The position numbers and the translations under genes were made by a program. From contig JBBSDW010000002.1 in assembly GCA_038240295.1 (NCBI GenBank), positions 1,513 through 65,512 on the forward strand: a stretch of DNA of 64,000 bases. Reading direction: 5' to 3'. Positions 49,069 through 59,310 of the stretch are shown piece after piece. Within the stretch, counting starts at the first letter, position 1; every line of letters begins with the position of its first letter. Source of the DNA: Candidatus Kapaibacterium sp. (GTDB lineage: Bacteria > Bacteroidota > Ignavibacteria > Palsa-1295). Under the pieces are notes generated by a model, which did no database searches, had not been told where the DNA came from, and saw nothing but the letters and a program-made list of their open reading frames with translations.

Positions 49069-49887
49069 CTATTGTACGCTTACGGTGAATGGGTCGGTCC
49101 GCCCAACTTCTTTATGATTCTGTCGAAGCACGAGCGTCACGGTCGCTGTTCCGGGCTGAATATCGGGCGGCGCCTGGAAGTTGAGTGTCAACCCTGTTAC
49201 GGCGATCCCGCACTCGTCAACGAAGGCGCGCCACTCCTTAGCGCCCTGAGTGATGTAAAGAAAATTTCCTTCCGGTAACTTATCCCAATCGTTGATCATC
49301 CGGCGATTGAGCGTTTGCCACTGGAGTTGCGGCGTCATCGTGCTGTAACCGAGGTTATGATCAAGTTCTTCAATCGCGGGCTTCTGGTCGATCAGTGTGG
49401 TCGGCAGGAATCCTGTTCCGATCAGCGTGAAGCCCTGGAGCGCATGGATCGTGGGCGACTGGAGCGCCGTGATCTTCGGCGTGATCGTTTTGATCACAGT
49501 AAACGAATAAGGGATGCTTGCATCGCGATCGTTGACCAAAAAGATCACGGCTGGTCCAGGCTCAAGTGAGGCGGGTGCCATAAAGCTCGCGATAGATGAA
49601 TCACCGACGGACGAATAACTACCAAGCGAAGTCCAGACTTGCTTCCCGTTTTGCTCGATCCGCAAGATCGGTATATCCGATTTTACCCATGCGATCAGGC
49701 GATCGGCAGTACATTTGGTTTGCGACTTTGGTGTTTCCGGACTTGGGTTCTCAAAAACGAGAATACCCAACTGGCCTGCGGCAATCGTCTTCGGATACGA
49801 TATGAGCTTGAGTCTTCGTGCCTGAAGTGCGCCGGCGAGCGCAAAACTTGAGCAAAGCAGGGCCGCGACAAAAATGATTCGTTTCAT
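49069..49887 (-). CDS. Hypothetical secreted protein
   Basis: Signal peptide MKRIIFVAALLCSSFALAGALQA. No recognisable domain. Confidence 0.5.
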   Translation of the reverse strand: MKRIIFVAALLCSSFALAGALQARRLKLISYPKTIAAGQLGILVFENPSPETPKSQTKCTADRLIAWVKSDIPILRIEQNGKQVWTSLGSYSSVGDSSIASFMAPASLEPGPAVIFLVNDRDASIPYSFTVIKTITPKITALQSPTIHALQGFTLIGTGFLPTTLIDQKPAIEELDHNLGYSTMTPQLQWQTLNRRMINDWDKLPEGNFLYITQGAKEWRAFVDECGIAVTGLTLNFQAPPDIQPGTATVTLVLRQNHKEVGRTDPFTVSVQ

Positions 49888-50094
49888 ATAATAGGCTCCT
49901 TCCAAAAATCGCGTCGACGACTGTAGAAGTCAGTCCCTCTGGCGAACACGATTTTTCACACTCTAACTAGGAACGGTGGCAGAGTTATAATGAAGAAATG
50001 GATGAGCCTGTTCCACTGGCAGAGGTAGCTCTAAGAAAACAAAAGCCGACCTTCGCAGGTCGGCTCTCTTGATACCCTTAGAATATGCTGGGCC

Positions 50095-50511
50095 TTACTG
50101 ACCTGGCGACACCGGCTGGTTGACCGGCCGCTGATTCGCGTTGGAAGGTGCTGCGGCAGGCGCGGCTGCTGGTGCCGATTGCACTGCCGGTGCGGACTGC
50201 TGTTGGTGCGCACCCTGCGGCATCGTTGGAACAGGTCCAGCCCCCGTCGTAAGCGGGTTTGCCGTCACCTCATTCGAGGCCGGAAGGAAGAAGAGATTCG
50301 CAACAATGGTGAGTACTGCGAAGGCGATAGCAAGTCCGATCGTCGCACGAACGAGAAAATCACCAGCGCGACGAACGCCGACAACTGCTCCAAATCCACC
50401 GGGACCCCCGAGGCTTCCAGATAATCCGTCACCCTTCGAAGACTGCGATAGCACGACGACCGTGAGCAGGATCGAGATAATTATGATAAGAAGAATCAGA
50501 ACAGTAAACAT
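50095..50511 (-). CDS. secG: Preprotein translocase subunit SecG with an Ala/Pro/Gln-rich C-terminal extension
   Basis: MFTVLILLIIIISILLTVVVLSQSSKGDGLSGSLGGPGG...RATIGLAIAFAVLTIVANLFF shows the two-TM SecG architecture with a Gly-rich loop. The start was set at the internal Met. Confidence 0.75.
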   Translation of the reverse strand: MFTVLILLIIIISILLTVVVLSQSSKGDGLSGSLGGPGGFGAVVGVRRAGDFLVRATIGLAIAFAVLTIVANLFFLPASNEVTANPLTTGAGPVPTMPQGAHQQQSAPAVQSAPAAAPAAAPSNANQRPVNQPVSPGQ

Positions 50512-50629
50512 GAAAGCCTGAGCAAGAAAATTGAAACACCCGCCTATGACAATTGCCCGCGAGATTGGCTGCAAAGGAACAGATATGCCCAAAAAGAATT
50601 CCGAAGCACTTGGGCACGATCGGGCCGCC

Positions 50630-52081
50630 TCACCTCGACATGAGATCGCGATAGAGCTTTTTAAGAGCCGCCTCGCCGGAAGTATCATCCAGCAGCGCGA
50701 TAATACTTTTTCCGGAGGTAAAACAGGCGATCGGAGCAAATTGGCGAAGCGACCGGATCATTTCCGATCGAAGCTCCGCGAAACTCTGGCGCACATCGGC
50801 TTCCGAACTGCGTACGATCAGCGCGAGTGAGGCGACAGGGCTCTCTTCGGATATCTCAAATGCCGAAGAGAGCGATTCGACGAGATCGGAGCGCCATTCA
50901 CGCCTGAGAACGGCGAACACGTCCTCGGGAGTCGTTTGCGTGTAGAGCGTTCGTGCCCGAAGCTGAGAAAATTTCTCGCGCAGCCGCCGGTTTCGCCTCG
51001 GAGATTCGCCCTCGATCGCATGCTCATTTGCACGCGGCCTTAATCTTAGCGCGCTTAGATGCGGGTCAAGCGTCAGGGCGAGCGGCTTTGGGTGCGGAGT
51101 GTGTGGCATCGCCTCGCGCGAGATCGTCGTGCTCTTAAAATTACCAGTCTTGGACCTGATCGCGATCGAGGGCGAAGCAATACGAAGGATCGGTTCGCGC
51201 TCGAGGTTTGCCAGCGGCTCTGCAGCAGTTTGAAACAGGACGCGCGCACCGCGACGGCCGATCTCTTCGGATTCGGCAAGGCTCAGTCGGCGTATCAATC
51301 TCGCCTCGGGAATGAGTTCGGGATCGGCGTCGAAAATGCCCGCCACGTTTTTCCAGATCACGATTTCCTTTGCACCGAGCGCCGCCGCGATCACTGTCGC
51401 AGTGAGATCGGAAGATTCGCTGCCCATCGTTGTCGCAACACCATCGCGTGTTCCTCCGACGAACCCCTCGATCAGTACCAGTTCGCCCTCAAGCAATCGC
51501 GGAAGTACTTGCTGCGACAAACATTCCGTCGTCTCCGACATCACTGGCTTCGCACGGCCAAATTCCTCGTTCGTGATCATTACCTCGCGCGCATTTACTT
51601 CAGCGATCGCGATTCCTCGCCGCCGAAGCAGCGCGCCAATTAGTGCGAGTGCAAAACGCTCGCCGTTGCCGATGACTTGATCGCGAGCGCGAAGTGAAAG
51701 TTCGCGCGTGATGTGAATGCCTTCGATGAGTGCGCGAACATCCTGATAGACCTTTCGAAATTTCGTTGTGATCTCGGCGTGGATCGCCTCCGGGAATTTC
51801 AGCGACGAAAGAAGCTGGGCATGCTGGATCGTTACGCGCTCGAGATATTCTTCGGCCGATGCCAGGTTGCCGATGCTGCTGTGCTCCGCGGCCCGCTGTA
51901 GATAGCGAGTTGTGTGGCCGATCGCCGATATTACCACGATCAGTCCCGGAGATTCTGACGCGTTGGATCGACGGCTCAGCCGTTTCGTCTCCTGCAAATG
52001 GGCAGCGCAAACGAGTTCGGCAAGCGTCTCGAGTCCGCGAGCCGAGCGAGTAGTGGCTCCGCCGAATTTGTGAACGATCAT
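50630..52081 (-). CDS. Aspartate kinase (amino-acid kinase family with C-terminal ACT region)
   Basis: N-terminal IVHKFGGATT. Mid-domain GFVGGTRDGVATTMGSESSDLTATVIAAALGA matches the aspartokinase signature. An unusual His/Pro-rich insertion is present. Confidence 0.65.
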   Translation of the reverse strand: MIVHKFGGATTRSARGLETLAELVCAAHLQETKRLSRRSNASESPGLIVVISAIGHTTRYLQRAAEHSSIGNLASAEEYLERVTIQHAQLLSSLKFPEAIHAEITTKFRKVYQDVRALIEGIHITRELSLRARDQVIGNGERFALALIGALLRRRGIAIAEVNAREVMITNEEFGRAKPVMSETTECLSQQVLPRLLEGELVLIEGFVGGTRDGVATTMGSESSDLTATVIAAALGAKEIVIWKNVAGIFDADPELIPEARLIRRLSLAESEEIGRRGARVLFQTAAEPLANLEREPILRIASPSIAIRSKTGNFKSTTISREAMPHTPHPKPLALTLDPHLSALRLRPRANEHAIEGESPRRNRRLREKFSQLRARTLYTQTTPEDVFAVLRREWRSDLVESLSSAFEISEESPVASLALIVRSSEADVRQSFAELRSEMIRSLRQFAPIACFTSGKSIIALLDDTSGEAALKKLYRDLMSR

Positions 52082-52325
52082 TGAATTCTCCGATGCCGAT
52101 GTATCTTTGAAGCGCGTACGAAGATCGCTTACGTGCGCGCCTTACGCGAAGTGCTTAAGAATACATGAATGGCTCCGAGTACGTTTCGCAGAATGTGATC
52201 TTGAGCTGGTGAATTAACTTTCGACTCTTTCTTCTTGAAGCCGTGTTCGTTTCACAAGTTGCGTATTGTGCTCTTTTTAATAGCGAATGCGGCGCCGAAG
52301 TGGCGACTGCCAGCAAACTTCCTAC

Positions 52326-53123
52326 ATGTGGACGATCGATAAATTTGACGAACTTCCCTCGACCAACGATGAAGCTCGCGCTCGCGTAAACAACGGTCGC
52401 GCGAAACACGAAGAAGTCATTCAAGCCGCTCACCAAACAGCGGGACGCGGGCGACTTCCGAAACGCGACTGGAAGGACGAGCGAGGAAAATCGCTGCTTA
52501 TGAGCGTCATCCTCAAAGACGTTCAGCGCTCCTTTGTCGAACTTGCGCCCTATGTTGCGGCGCTCAGCGTAACACAATCGATCCGAACATTCCTGCAGGG
52601 ATATCTTCCCTACTTTGAACAGGGCCGCGTGCGAATCAAGTGGCCGAACGACTTGATACTCGATGGCAAAAAGTTTTGCGGCATCCTTTCCGAAGCCGTC
52701 TGGACGGGCGATGAACTCAAGGCCGTCGTTATCGGAATCGGTATGAACGTAAATCAGCAGTCCTTCAACGATAAACTCCAGACAAGCGCGACATCGGTGT
52801 TTTGCACTGTAAAGCGGACGCTCGATCTCGATCAGGTTCGCGACAGAGTGCTTGCGGGCCTTTCGAGCTATCTTGACAGATCGAGCGTGATGCCAGCCGG
52901 AGCCTTTCGAGCGAGCGTGCTCAACGAGCTCCGAATGGAACTCGGCTGGATGAAGCTTTTGCCGCCCTTCGATGTCGAACTGCAATCGGGAGAAACGGTA
53001 CGTATGCTTGCCTATCGCGGCATCGCGGACGATGGTGGAATGAAAGTAGGCGAGCAGGATGGCTCCGAACGGCTGCTCTATGGCGGCACGCTCGCGATTG
53101 CCGATGTAAGTCAATCGACATGA
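52326..53123 (+). CDS. birA: Biotin-[acetyl-CoA-carboxylase] ligase (BirA, no N-terminal HTH)
   Basis: QTAGRGRLPKRDW and KWPNDL biotin-protein-ligase motifs. The opposite-strand ORF 52155..53114 is treated as antisense noise. Confidence 0.82.
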   Translation: MWTIDKFDELPSTNDEARARVNNGRAKHEEVIQAAHQTAGRGRLPKRDWKDERGKSLLMSVILKDVQRSFVELAPYVAALSVTQSIRTFLQGYLPYFEQGRVRIKWPNDLILDGKKFCGILSEAVWTGDELKAVVIGIGMNVNQQSFNDKLQTSATSVFCTVKRTLDLDQVRDRVLAGLSSYLDRSSVMPAGAFRASVLNELRMELGWMKLLPPFDVELQSGETVRMLAYRGIADDGGMKVGEQDGSERLLYGGTLAIADVSQST

Positions 53124-53884
53124 TGAGTCTGCGAACGCTCGCAGTCAACATCGGCAATTCCCGGATCGCCTGTGCGTTGATGCAGTCGAATCTCGTGCTC
53201 GAACGCTGCGATCATGCAACGCCGGATATTGCTACGCTCGCTGAAACCCTCGGCAACTGTATTCGCTCTCATCCCGAACGCATACTGATCGCGTCGGTGG
53301 TTCCCCAGCATACGGAATCGGTTCGACAAATATTGGCAACGTTGTTCGCTCCGTTGATGCCGTCTCTCATACATCATTCGATGGTACCACTGGTAAGTGA
53401 ATACGCTCCAACCGAATCACTTGGGATTGACAGACTTTTGTCCGGCTACGCTGGATTTGAATTGTATGGCAAGCCAGCCCATCGAGGCGTTCTCGTGATC
53501 GATCTTGGAACAGCAACGACTTTTAATTGCATCAGTGAGCAAGGCGTCTTTTTGGGCGGAGCGATCAGCCTTGGGATTCACTCGACATTCAGAGCGCTTC
53601 GGGACCAGACCGCGCAATTGGGTCTCCAATCCCTGAGTATTCCGTCAAATGTTCTTGCTAAGTCAACATCCGAAGGTATTCGATCGGGTGTATTCTTTGC
53701 AGCAATTCTCGGGATACGAGGCGTGACCACTTTGCTGATGGACGAGGTTTTTTCAGAAAAAGCCCCAATTGTCTTGCATACTGGTGGGTCGGCTGGGCTG
53801 CTTTCCGAGTATTTGGGTGAAGGTAGTCTTATTAATGCTGACCTTGTGCTAAGAGGCATCGCGCTTCTTCCAGACATTCTTTGA
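53120..53884 (+). CDS. coaX: Type III pantothenate kinase
   Basis: LAVNIGNSRIACAL and VIDLGTATTFNCIS...GGAISLG are the acetate- and sugar-kinase-fold motifs of CoaX. ATGA overlap with birA. Confidence 0.85.
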   Translation: MMSLRTLAVNIGNSRIACALMQSNLVLERCDHATPDIATLAETLGNCIRSHPERILIASVVPQHTESVRQILATLFAPLMPSLIHHSMVPLVSEYAPTESLGIDRLLSGYAGFELYGKPAHRGVLVIDLGTATTFNCISEQGVFLGGAISLGIHSTFRALRDQTAQLGLQSLSIPSNVLAKSTSEGIRSGVFFAAILGIRGVTTLLMDEVFSEKAPIVLHTGGSAGLLSEYLGEGSLINADLVLRGIALLPDIL

Positions 53885-54029
53885 ACGGTCGCGAAGACTG
53901 CAACAATCTTCGTGCTTACCGTGTCTATGAAAGGAGGCTCTTATCGTGAGTAACCAAAGCAGAGTGGAGAAGCTAACCTAATTGTTCGTTGCTCGCTATG
54001 CATATTCTAAATAAAATTTTCAACATACG

Positions 54030-55010
54030 ATGCGTAATAGGATAATCCTGCTTGTTTTTGCAGCTTCCATCGGATTCGGTAGTTGCAGGAGTACTGTAAC
54101 AAATCCGCCGGCCACCACAGATGGACCTGGGACCGATGCGCAAGGGAATGTCACCTTGCCGGTGCCACCTGCTGATTCGGGCATCCAGATCACTTTTGGG
54201 CCGTTTAGCGTCCCCCAAGGCCAGGAAGTTCAGATCGATCATTGGTTCAAGCTGCCGAACGATCTGCCGTTCGACGTCGGCCGCATTGAGATCGCGACCA
54301 ACAATGGCACGCATCACATGAACCTGTTTCGTACGCTTAACCAGCATCCGGATACCGATGAATACAATTTTGCTTCGCAGGCCATCTGGGACGAATCGGA
54401 CCTGATGATTGAAGCTCAGCAGCATTTTATTGACTGGTCTTTGCCAGGTGGCATCGCGGTTCATCTCAACAAAAATGAGCAGATGACCATGCAGGTTCAC
54501 TACGTTAATGCCTCGACCCAAAATACCCCGAATGGTATGGGCAAAGTGGTTGTCAATCTCTATAAAGCCACCGGTCCGGTAACGCAGCATGCTTCGATGC
54601 TTTTTGCGCAGAAGACATCAGTCGTTATTAAACCGCACTCGGATACTTCGTTCTCGAAGTTTTGCGATTTCAGCCTCGCGAACAAACCACTCAATGTTTA
54701 TGCGATGACGGGACATTTTCACAGCCGAGGCAAAGAATTTACCGTTGAAAAGTGGGATTCCGCGACGAATACTTCGCTCGGCGTGATCTACCAAAACGCT
54801 GCATGGAGCGAGCCGCCCTTTTTGGTCTTTAATCCTCCTGTCGTCATCAATCCAGGGCAACTTCTGAAATACACGGCAGTTTATCATAACGACACCGACT
54901 CAACAATCACTTTTGGACCCCACGTCGAATATCAGGAGCACTGCAACCTCTTCCTCTGGTTTTCTCCAGGGTACAAAGACGGCCAAACGATCTACGATAA
55001 AACACCATAA
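54030..55010 (+). CDS. Lipoprotein with copper type-II monooxygenase-like His motifs (PHM/DBH-like), tentative
   Basis: Lipobox FGSC. His clusters NGTHHMNLF and HFHSRG plus a C-terminal EHC/M pattern resemble CuH/CuM ligand sets. The similarity is low. Confidence 0.45.
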   Translation: MRNRIILLVFAASIGFGSCRSTVTNPPATTDGPGTDAQGNVTLPVPPADSGIQITFGPFSVPQGQEVQIDHWFKLPNDLPFDVGRIEIATNNGTHHMNLFRTLNQHPDTDEYNFASQAIWDESDLMIEAQQHFIDWSLPGGIAVHLNKNEQMTMQVHYVNASTQNTPNGMGKVVVNLYKATGPVTQHASMLFAQKTSVVIKPHSDTSFSKFCDFSLANKPLNVYAMTGHFHSRGKEFTVEKWDSATNTSLGVIYQNAAWSEPPFLVFNPPVVINPGQLLKYTAVYHNDTDSTITFGPHVEYQEHCNLFLWFSPGYKDGQTIYDKTP

Positions 55011-56923
55011 TGAACTACCGGACCGATCGTTTGCTCGCACAAGCGAGATGCAAATTGGGTGTCTCGGCGATGGTCGTCAGCGCTGTTCTTTTTCTTGCAA
55101 CGCCTCGACTTCTCTTCGGACAAATCCACTTTACCGATATTGCGAAAGCTGCTGGCATAAGCAACATTCCGCAACCGGTCGACGAGGTAGCCGGAGGGGT
55201 CGTTGCGCTCGATTTTGATCGAGATGGCTGGGAAGATTTTTACGTCGCTGGCGGACAGGGCTACGACGGCCTCTATCGCAATAATCACGATGGGACGTTC
55301 ACCGACGTCTCCGTGGCAGCCGGTATCCACGATCATGGACGAATTTTTTCTCATGGAGGTGCGTCCCTCGACATCGACCAGGATGGCTGGCCCGATCTCT
55401 ATATTGCCTGCGAAGGACACGATCTGCTGTTCAGAAATAATCACGACGGAACATTCACGGATGTCACGCGAAAAGCAGGCATTATCATCCCCACCGGCCG
55501 TAACAACAACATGACGGCGACCTTCGGAGATTTTGACGGCGATGGTCTCAATGATATCTACGTCACCCGCTATATCGATTCCGTGCTCGATACCTATACG
55601 GACCCCATCACCGGATTTCCCGATTATAACGACAAGGGTCTTCACAATTTTCTCTATGTCAATAATGGCAACGGCACATTCACCGAGGAAGCTGCAAACT
55701 ATGGAGTTGATAACGCAGGTTGCGGATTGATCGCGATCCTGTTCGACTACGATCGGGATGGTGACCTCGATCTATTGATCGGGAATGATTTCGGCGCCTA
55801 CGTCCTCCCGAACGCCGTTTATAAAAACATGCTGGTAGAAACGGGGACTGCATCGTTCAAGGACGTCACCGAAGCGATCGGAATGAAGAACAAATTATTC
55901 TGTATGGGCATCGGACCGAGCGATTACGATCGTGATGGCGACTTCGACTTTTTCGAGACGACGATCGGACCTGAAGCATTCATGCAGAACAACGGCGGTC
56001 ATTTTACGAACGTAGCAGCGCAGATCGGCGCAAAGATGGGCACCTTTAGTTTTCGATCGCAGACGTATGACGCAACAACCTGGAGTCCGATCTTTGTCGA
56101 TATGGATAACGATGGTTGGGAAGATCTGTTTGAAGTTCATGGTACGATCCCTGCGTTTCAACCTTTCAACACCTTCGAACAGGACACCACGCGAATCCTG
56201 CGGAATGAAGGTGGTAGCTTTCAAGATGTGACCCAATCATCGGGCTACACAACGTTTGAGCGTGGGCGTGGAGCGATGACATTTGATTTTGATCACGACG
56301 GCAAAATGGATATTGTCGTTGGATGCGTACCATTGGTGCCGATCAATCCAACAAGTGGCGTAAAATTACTCCATAATACAAGTAGTACCGGCAGCAACCA
56401 TTGGCTTGAACTTACGTTGCACGGAAAAACATGCGGAGCAGAAGCGATCGGTACCTGTGTCGAAGTTTGGGAGCATGGCAACCGGCATTTGCGTCAGGTA
56501 TCGACGGGTGGCACGCTCTGCAGCCAATCCTCACTCACTCAACATGTTGGAATTGGAACAGCTACCGAGGCCGATTCGATTTTGATATTCTGGCCACGCA
56601 AGCCGATCGAACGCTATTATCATGTTGCTGCAGACCAGCGTCTTGATTATACCGAAGGGGCTCAACGCGCCTTCGTCGCTTCGTCGCCGGCCAGAACGGT
56701 GGCAACACTTTACCCTTCGGTCGCGAGTGATATTCTTCACGTCAGCAATTTGGCACAAGGCGACGAAGTCACCATCGTAGATCTGTTAGGCCGGGTACTC
56801 TATTCGTCTCGTACGACCTCAACGGCACTTCGAATCCCGGTGGGCCATTTTTCATCGGGAGCCTATACTGCGCGCGTGAAAACGTCTTCGGGTGAGCAGG
56901 TCTTAAAATTTATCAAGCAATAG
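55010..56923 (+). CDS. FG-GAP repeat/ASPIC-UnbV (CRTAC1-like) protein with a T9SS C-terminal sorting domain
   Basis: Repeated DxDxDGxxDxxxxxxG calcium-binding FG-GAP motifs (DFDRDGWEDFYVAGG, DIDQDGWPDLYIA, DFDGDGLNDIYVT, DYDRDGDLDLLIGND). C-terminal sorting domain (...VTIVDLLGRVLYSS...YTARVKTSSGEQVLKFIKQ). TAATGA overlap with the upstream gene. Confidence 0.85.
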   Translation: MNYRTDRLLAQARCKLGVSAMVVSAVLFLATPRLLFGQIHFTDIAKAAGISNIPQPVDEVAGGVVALDFDRDGWEDFYVAGGQGYDGLYRNNHDGTFTDVSVAAGIHDHGRIFSHGGASLDIDQDGWPDLYIACEGHDLLFRNNHDGTFTDVTRKAGIIIPTGRNNNMTATFGDFDGDGLNDIYVTRYIDSVLDTYTDPITGFPDYNDKGLHNFLYVNNGNGTFTEEAANYGVDNAGCGLIAILFDYDRDGDLDLLIGNDFGAYVLPNAVYKNMLVETGTASFKDVTEAIGMKNKLFCMGIGPSDYDRDGDFDFFETTIGPEAFMQNNGGHFTNVAAQIGAKMGTFSFRSQTYDATTWSPIFVDMDNDGWEDLFEVHGTIPAFQPFNTFEQDTTRILRNEGGSFQDVTQSSGYTTFERGRGAMTFDFDHDGKMDIVVGCVPLVPINPTSGVKLLHNTSSTGSNHWLELTLHGKTCGAEAIGTCVEVWEHGNRHLRQVSTGGTLCSQSSLTQHVGIGTATEADSILIFWPRKPIERYYHVAADQRLDYTEGAQRAFVASSPARTVATLYPSVASDILHVSNLAQGDEVTIVDLLGRVLYSSRTTSTALRIPVGHFSSGAYTARVKTSSGEQVLKFIKQ

Positions 56924-56939
56924 GGCAGCTCTGCGAATC

Positions 56940-57386
56940 GTGCTGATAAACTGGAAAATTTCGCCGGCCGCACTTCTTCTTCTTTTTTTCCTTCTTGCGA
57001 TAGTATACGCAACTGGGTGCTATGTTGCCGGCCCCGCAGTGCCTGTATCTCCAACGCTCAGTAGTATCCAAACCAGCATTTTCAGTAAAAGCTGCACCGC
57101 TCCGAACTCCTGCCATGGAGGCAGCGATCCGAAGGCACTGCTGAATCTTGAAGCGGGAAAAGCCTACCGGTCGCTGATGGAAAAGATCCAGAATGACACT
57201 GCAGCAAAATATTATGTGGGCAGAGTTGTCGCACGTCGACCGGAATCGAGCTTTCTCATTGCAAAGCTTCGAGGCGCGCTACGCACGCAGGAAGGCGATC
57301 AGATGCCGGATAAAGTGAATGCGATCCCTTCGCAATATATCGATGTCATTGAGCGCTGGATCTTGAATGGAGCACAGAATGACTGA
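56940..57386 (+). CDS. Hypothetical lipoprotein with a Cys/His cluster
   Basis: Lipobox YATGC and the motif CTAPNSCHGG, which is not a canonical CxxCH. 148 aa, co-oriented with the two preceding genes. Confidence 0.55.
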   Translation: MLINWKISPAALLLLFFLLAIVYATGCYVAGPAVPVSPTLSSIQTSIFSKSCTAPNSCHGGSDPKALLNLEAGKAYRSLMEKIQNDTAAKYYVGRVVARRPESSFLIAKLRGALRTQEGDQMPDKVNAIPSQYIDVIERWILNGAQND

Positions 57387-57441
57387 TGTGAGACGGGTGA
57401 GGTGGAGGATGACCCAGGAGGGAGCTCAGGGAAGGAATGAG

Positions 57442-57513
57442 TAGCGCGTACGGGAATCGAACCCGTGTACCCGCCTTGAGAGGGCGGTATCCTAGCCGCT
57501 AGATGAACGCGCC
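57442..57513 (-). tRNA. tRNA-Glu (anticodon CUC); CCA not encoded
   Basis: The reverse complement folds as a cloverleaf: acceptor GGCGCGT/ACGCGCT, D-arm TCATCTAGCGGCTAGGAT, anticodon stem CCGCC/GGCGG with loop CTCTCAA, and T-arm ACGGGTTCGATTCCCGT. It closely resembles bacterial tRNA-Glu. Confidence 0.8.
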
Positions 57514-57682
57514 AAGCTTAAGATAACTGCACCACCAAATTCATCGACTTCGGTGAAGCGCCAAATATACACGAAATCGCAAGTCAGGGTTCCGTGCCGC
57601 GTTGCCCTCCCATCTGTAACCTATATTTGCACCCATAGACGTACGACTTTCTCGGCCTTTCTTTTCCAGTCCGCACCGTAAC

Positions 57683-59293
57683 ATGAAACATTTTTTACAC
57701 TTCGCATTTCTCACGTTTTTCGCTGCACTCTCGATATCCATATCGAGACCTGCCACAATTCAGGCGCAAACATCAGGCTTTGCCCCACAGCACTCGGAGG
57801 ATGGCGCGCAGCCAGCACCAGTGCCAATGAGCGGTGCCTGGCAATCGCATCCCGTAGGTGCCAGAAACTACTGGGGTATCGAGGCGGGCATCACGTACAA
57901 TTGGCTTCAGAATGCTACAAATTTCGCCTACGGCCTTATCGGGCCAGCTGCCTCTTCTCCAACCGGCACTGAGATTCAACTTGTGCTCCCGTTTGCGGAT
58001 CCAGGCAAAGGCATTGGATTCATTGTCGGAGGCGTCGTCGATTTTGGCCTCTCGAACTCCCTTGCGCTGCAGGGTAAGCTCCGTTTTGTCAATTCGTCGT
58101 TTTCGGGTGACGATACGCGAACAGCAGCGGTACAGAACTCACCGACATTCGTCCGCGAGGTCAGTCATCAAAGTACATCGGTGGACTATCTTGATCTCGA
58201 CGCACTACTGCGTTTTCAGCTTTCACCCAATAGCGTGTACCTGCTTGGAGGGTTTGGCTTTTCAACACTGGTTGCAAATAGCCTCTCGCTTACAAAGACC
58301 ATCGACAGCGCTGCTCCAAGTGTTTCTTTCGCAGATGAAAACGGGGCGGTCACAGGACTGACAACACTTTCGGGCACCGCCTCATTGTCAGGCATATATA
58401 ACACGACACGTGTTGCCTTGCGTGTGGGTGTTGGTACGTTCATTCCCATCGGCACTTCTGGCAATGTACTCACGCCCGAACTCATGTTTGATATCCCTCT
58501 GACGACGCTCTACAATCAAACATTCAACGACGCCGCGACCGTAAGGGGAGCGACAGCGCCTTCGCTCTGGCATATCGACCTTACGCTGGCCTATAAATTT
58601 CCGTGGGGTTCTGCAACACCTGGAGTTTCAAACACTGAACTTGACAACTCAACATCCGACGCCGCCGGCGAGCGCAACGCGGATAATATGGTTGTGCTGA
58701 AAGGCAAGGTCAATGATAATAATGGCAATCCTGTCGATGCCGACATGACGGTCGTCGACCTCAGCGACAACCAGATCGTCTCGACAGGAAAAACCAACGA
58801 CGGTAGTTACGCGCTTCCAGTCAAAGGACCTGGAAAATATTCGGTAACGGCTGATGCGAATGGTTATCTTTTTGGGACATCTTATTTCGAAGTCGACGAC
58901 GAGGGCCGTATCCTGAAAGGCAAGCATGACATCACGCTTTCACCTGCCGCCGATGGCCGCACACGCCTGCTCGTCTTTTTTGATTTTGCTGCCGACAAAC
59001 TACAGAACGCCTCCTATCCCGAACTCGATCGCGCGGTACGCCTGATGAAGGCAAATCCGGGTATGTCGGTCGAGATCGCAGGCTACACCGATTCGAAGGG
59101 TACCGATTCCTACAACGTAGATCTCTCGAACCGCCGCGCGCAAGCCGTTCGAAATTATCTTGTGCGTAATGGCATCGAATCTTCACGCGTATCACCAAAA
59201 GGCTATGGCAAGCAAGACCCGATCGCAACGAACGACACCGAAGACGGCCGCGCCGAAAATCGCCGCGTCGAATTTGTCGTGATGCATCGTTAA
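57683..59293 (+). CDS. OmpA-family outer-membrane protein (N-terminal beta-barrel, carboxypeptidase-regulatory-like middle, C-terminal OmpA peptidoglycan-binding domain)
   Basis: Signal peptide. C-terminal OmpA_C motifs (VEIAGYTDSKGTDSYNVDLSNRRAQAVRNYLV...RRVEFVV). Confidence 0.85.
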   Translation: MKHFLHFAFLTFFAALSISISRPATIQAQTSGFAPQHSEDGAQPAPVPMSGAWQSHPVGARNYWGIEAGITYNWLQNATNFAYGLIGPAASSPTGTEIQLVLPFADPGKGIGFIVGGVVDFGLSNSLALQGKLRFVNSSFSGDDTRTAAVQNSPTFVREVSHQSTSVDYLDLDALLRFQLSPNSVYLLGGFGFSTLVANSLSLTKTIDSAAPSVSFADENGAVTGLTTLSGTASLSGIYNTTRVALRVGVGTFIPIGTSGNVLTPELMFDIPLTTLYNQTFNDAATVRGATAPSLWHIDLTLAYKFPWGSATPGVSNTELDNSTSDAAGERNADNMVVLKGKVNDNNGNPVDADMTVVDLSDNQIVSTGKTNDGSYALPVKGPGKYSVTADANGYLFGTSYFEVDDEGRILKGKHDITLSPAADGRTRLLVFFDFAADKLQNASYPELDRAVRLMKANPGMSVEIAGYTDSKGTDSYNVDLSNRRAQAVRNYLVRNGIESSRVSPKGYGKQDPIATNDTEDGRAENRRVEFVVMHR

Positions 59294-59310
59294 CGTTTCA
59301 AATAAGTCGC

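Noticed and set aside
52155-53114. 319-aa ORF on the minus strand covering the birA locus
   Set aside because: The plus-strand frame contains clear BirA motifs (GRGRxxRxW, KWPNDL). The minus-strand ORF has no recognisable motifs and is typical antisense noise in a GC-rich gene.
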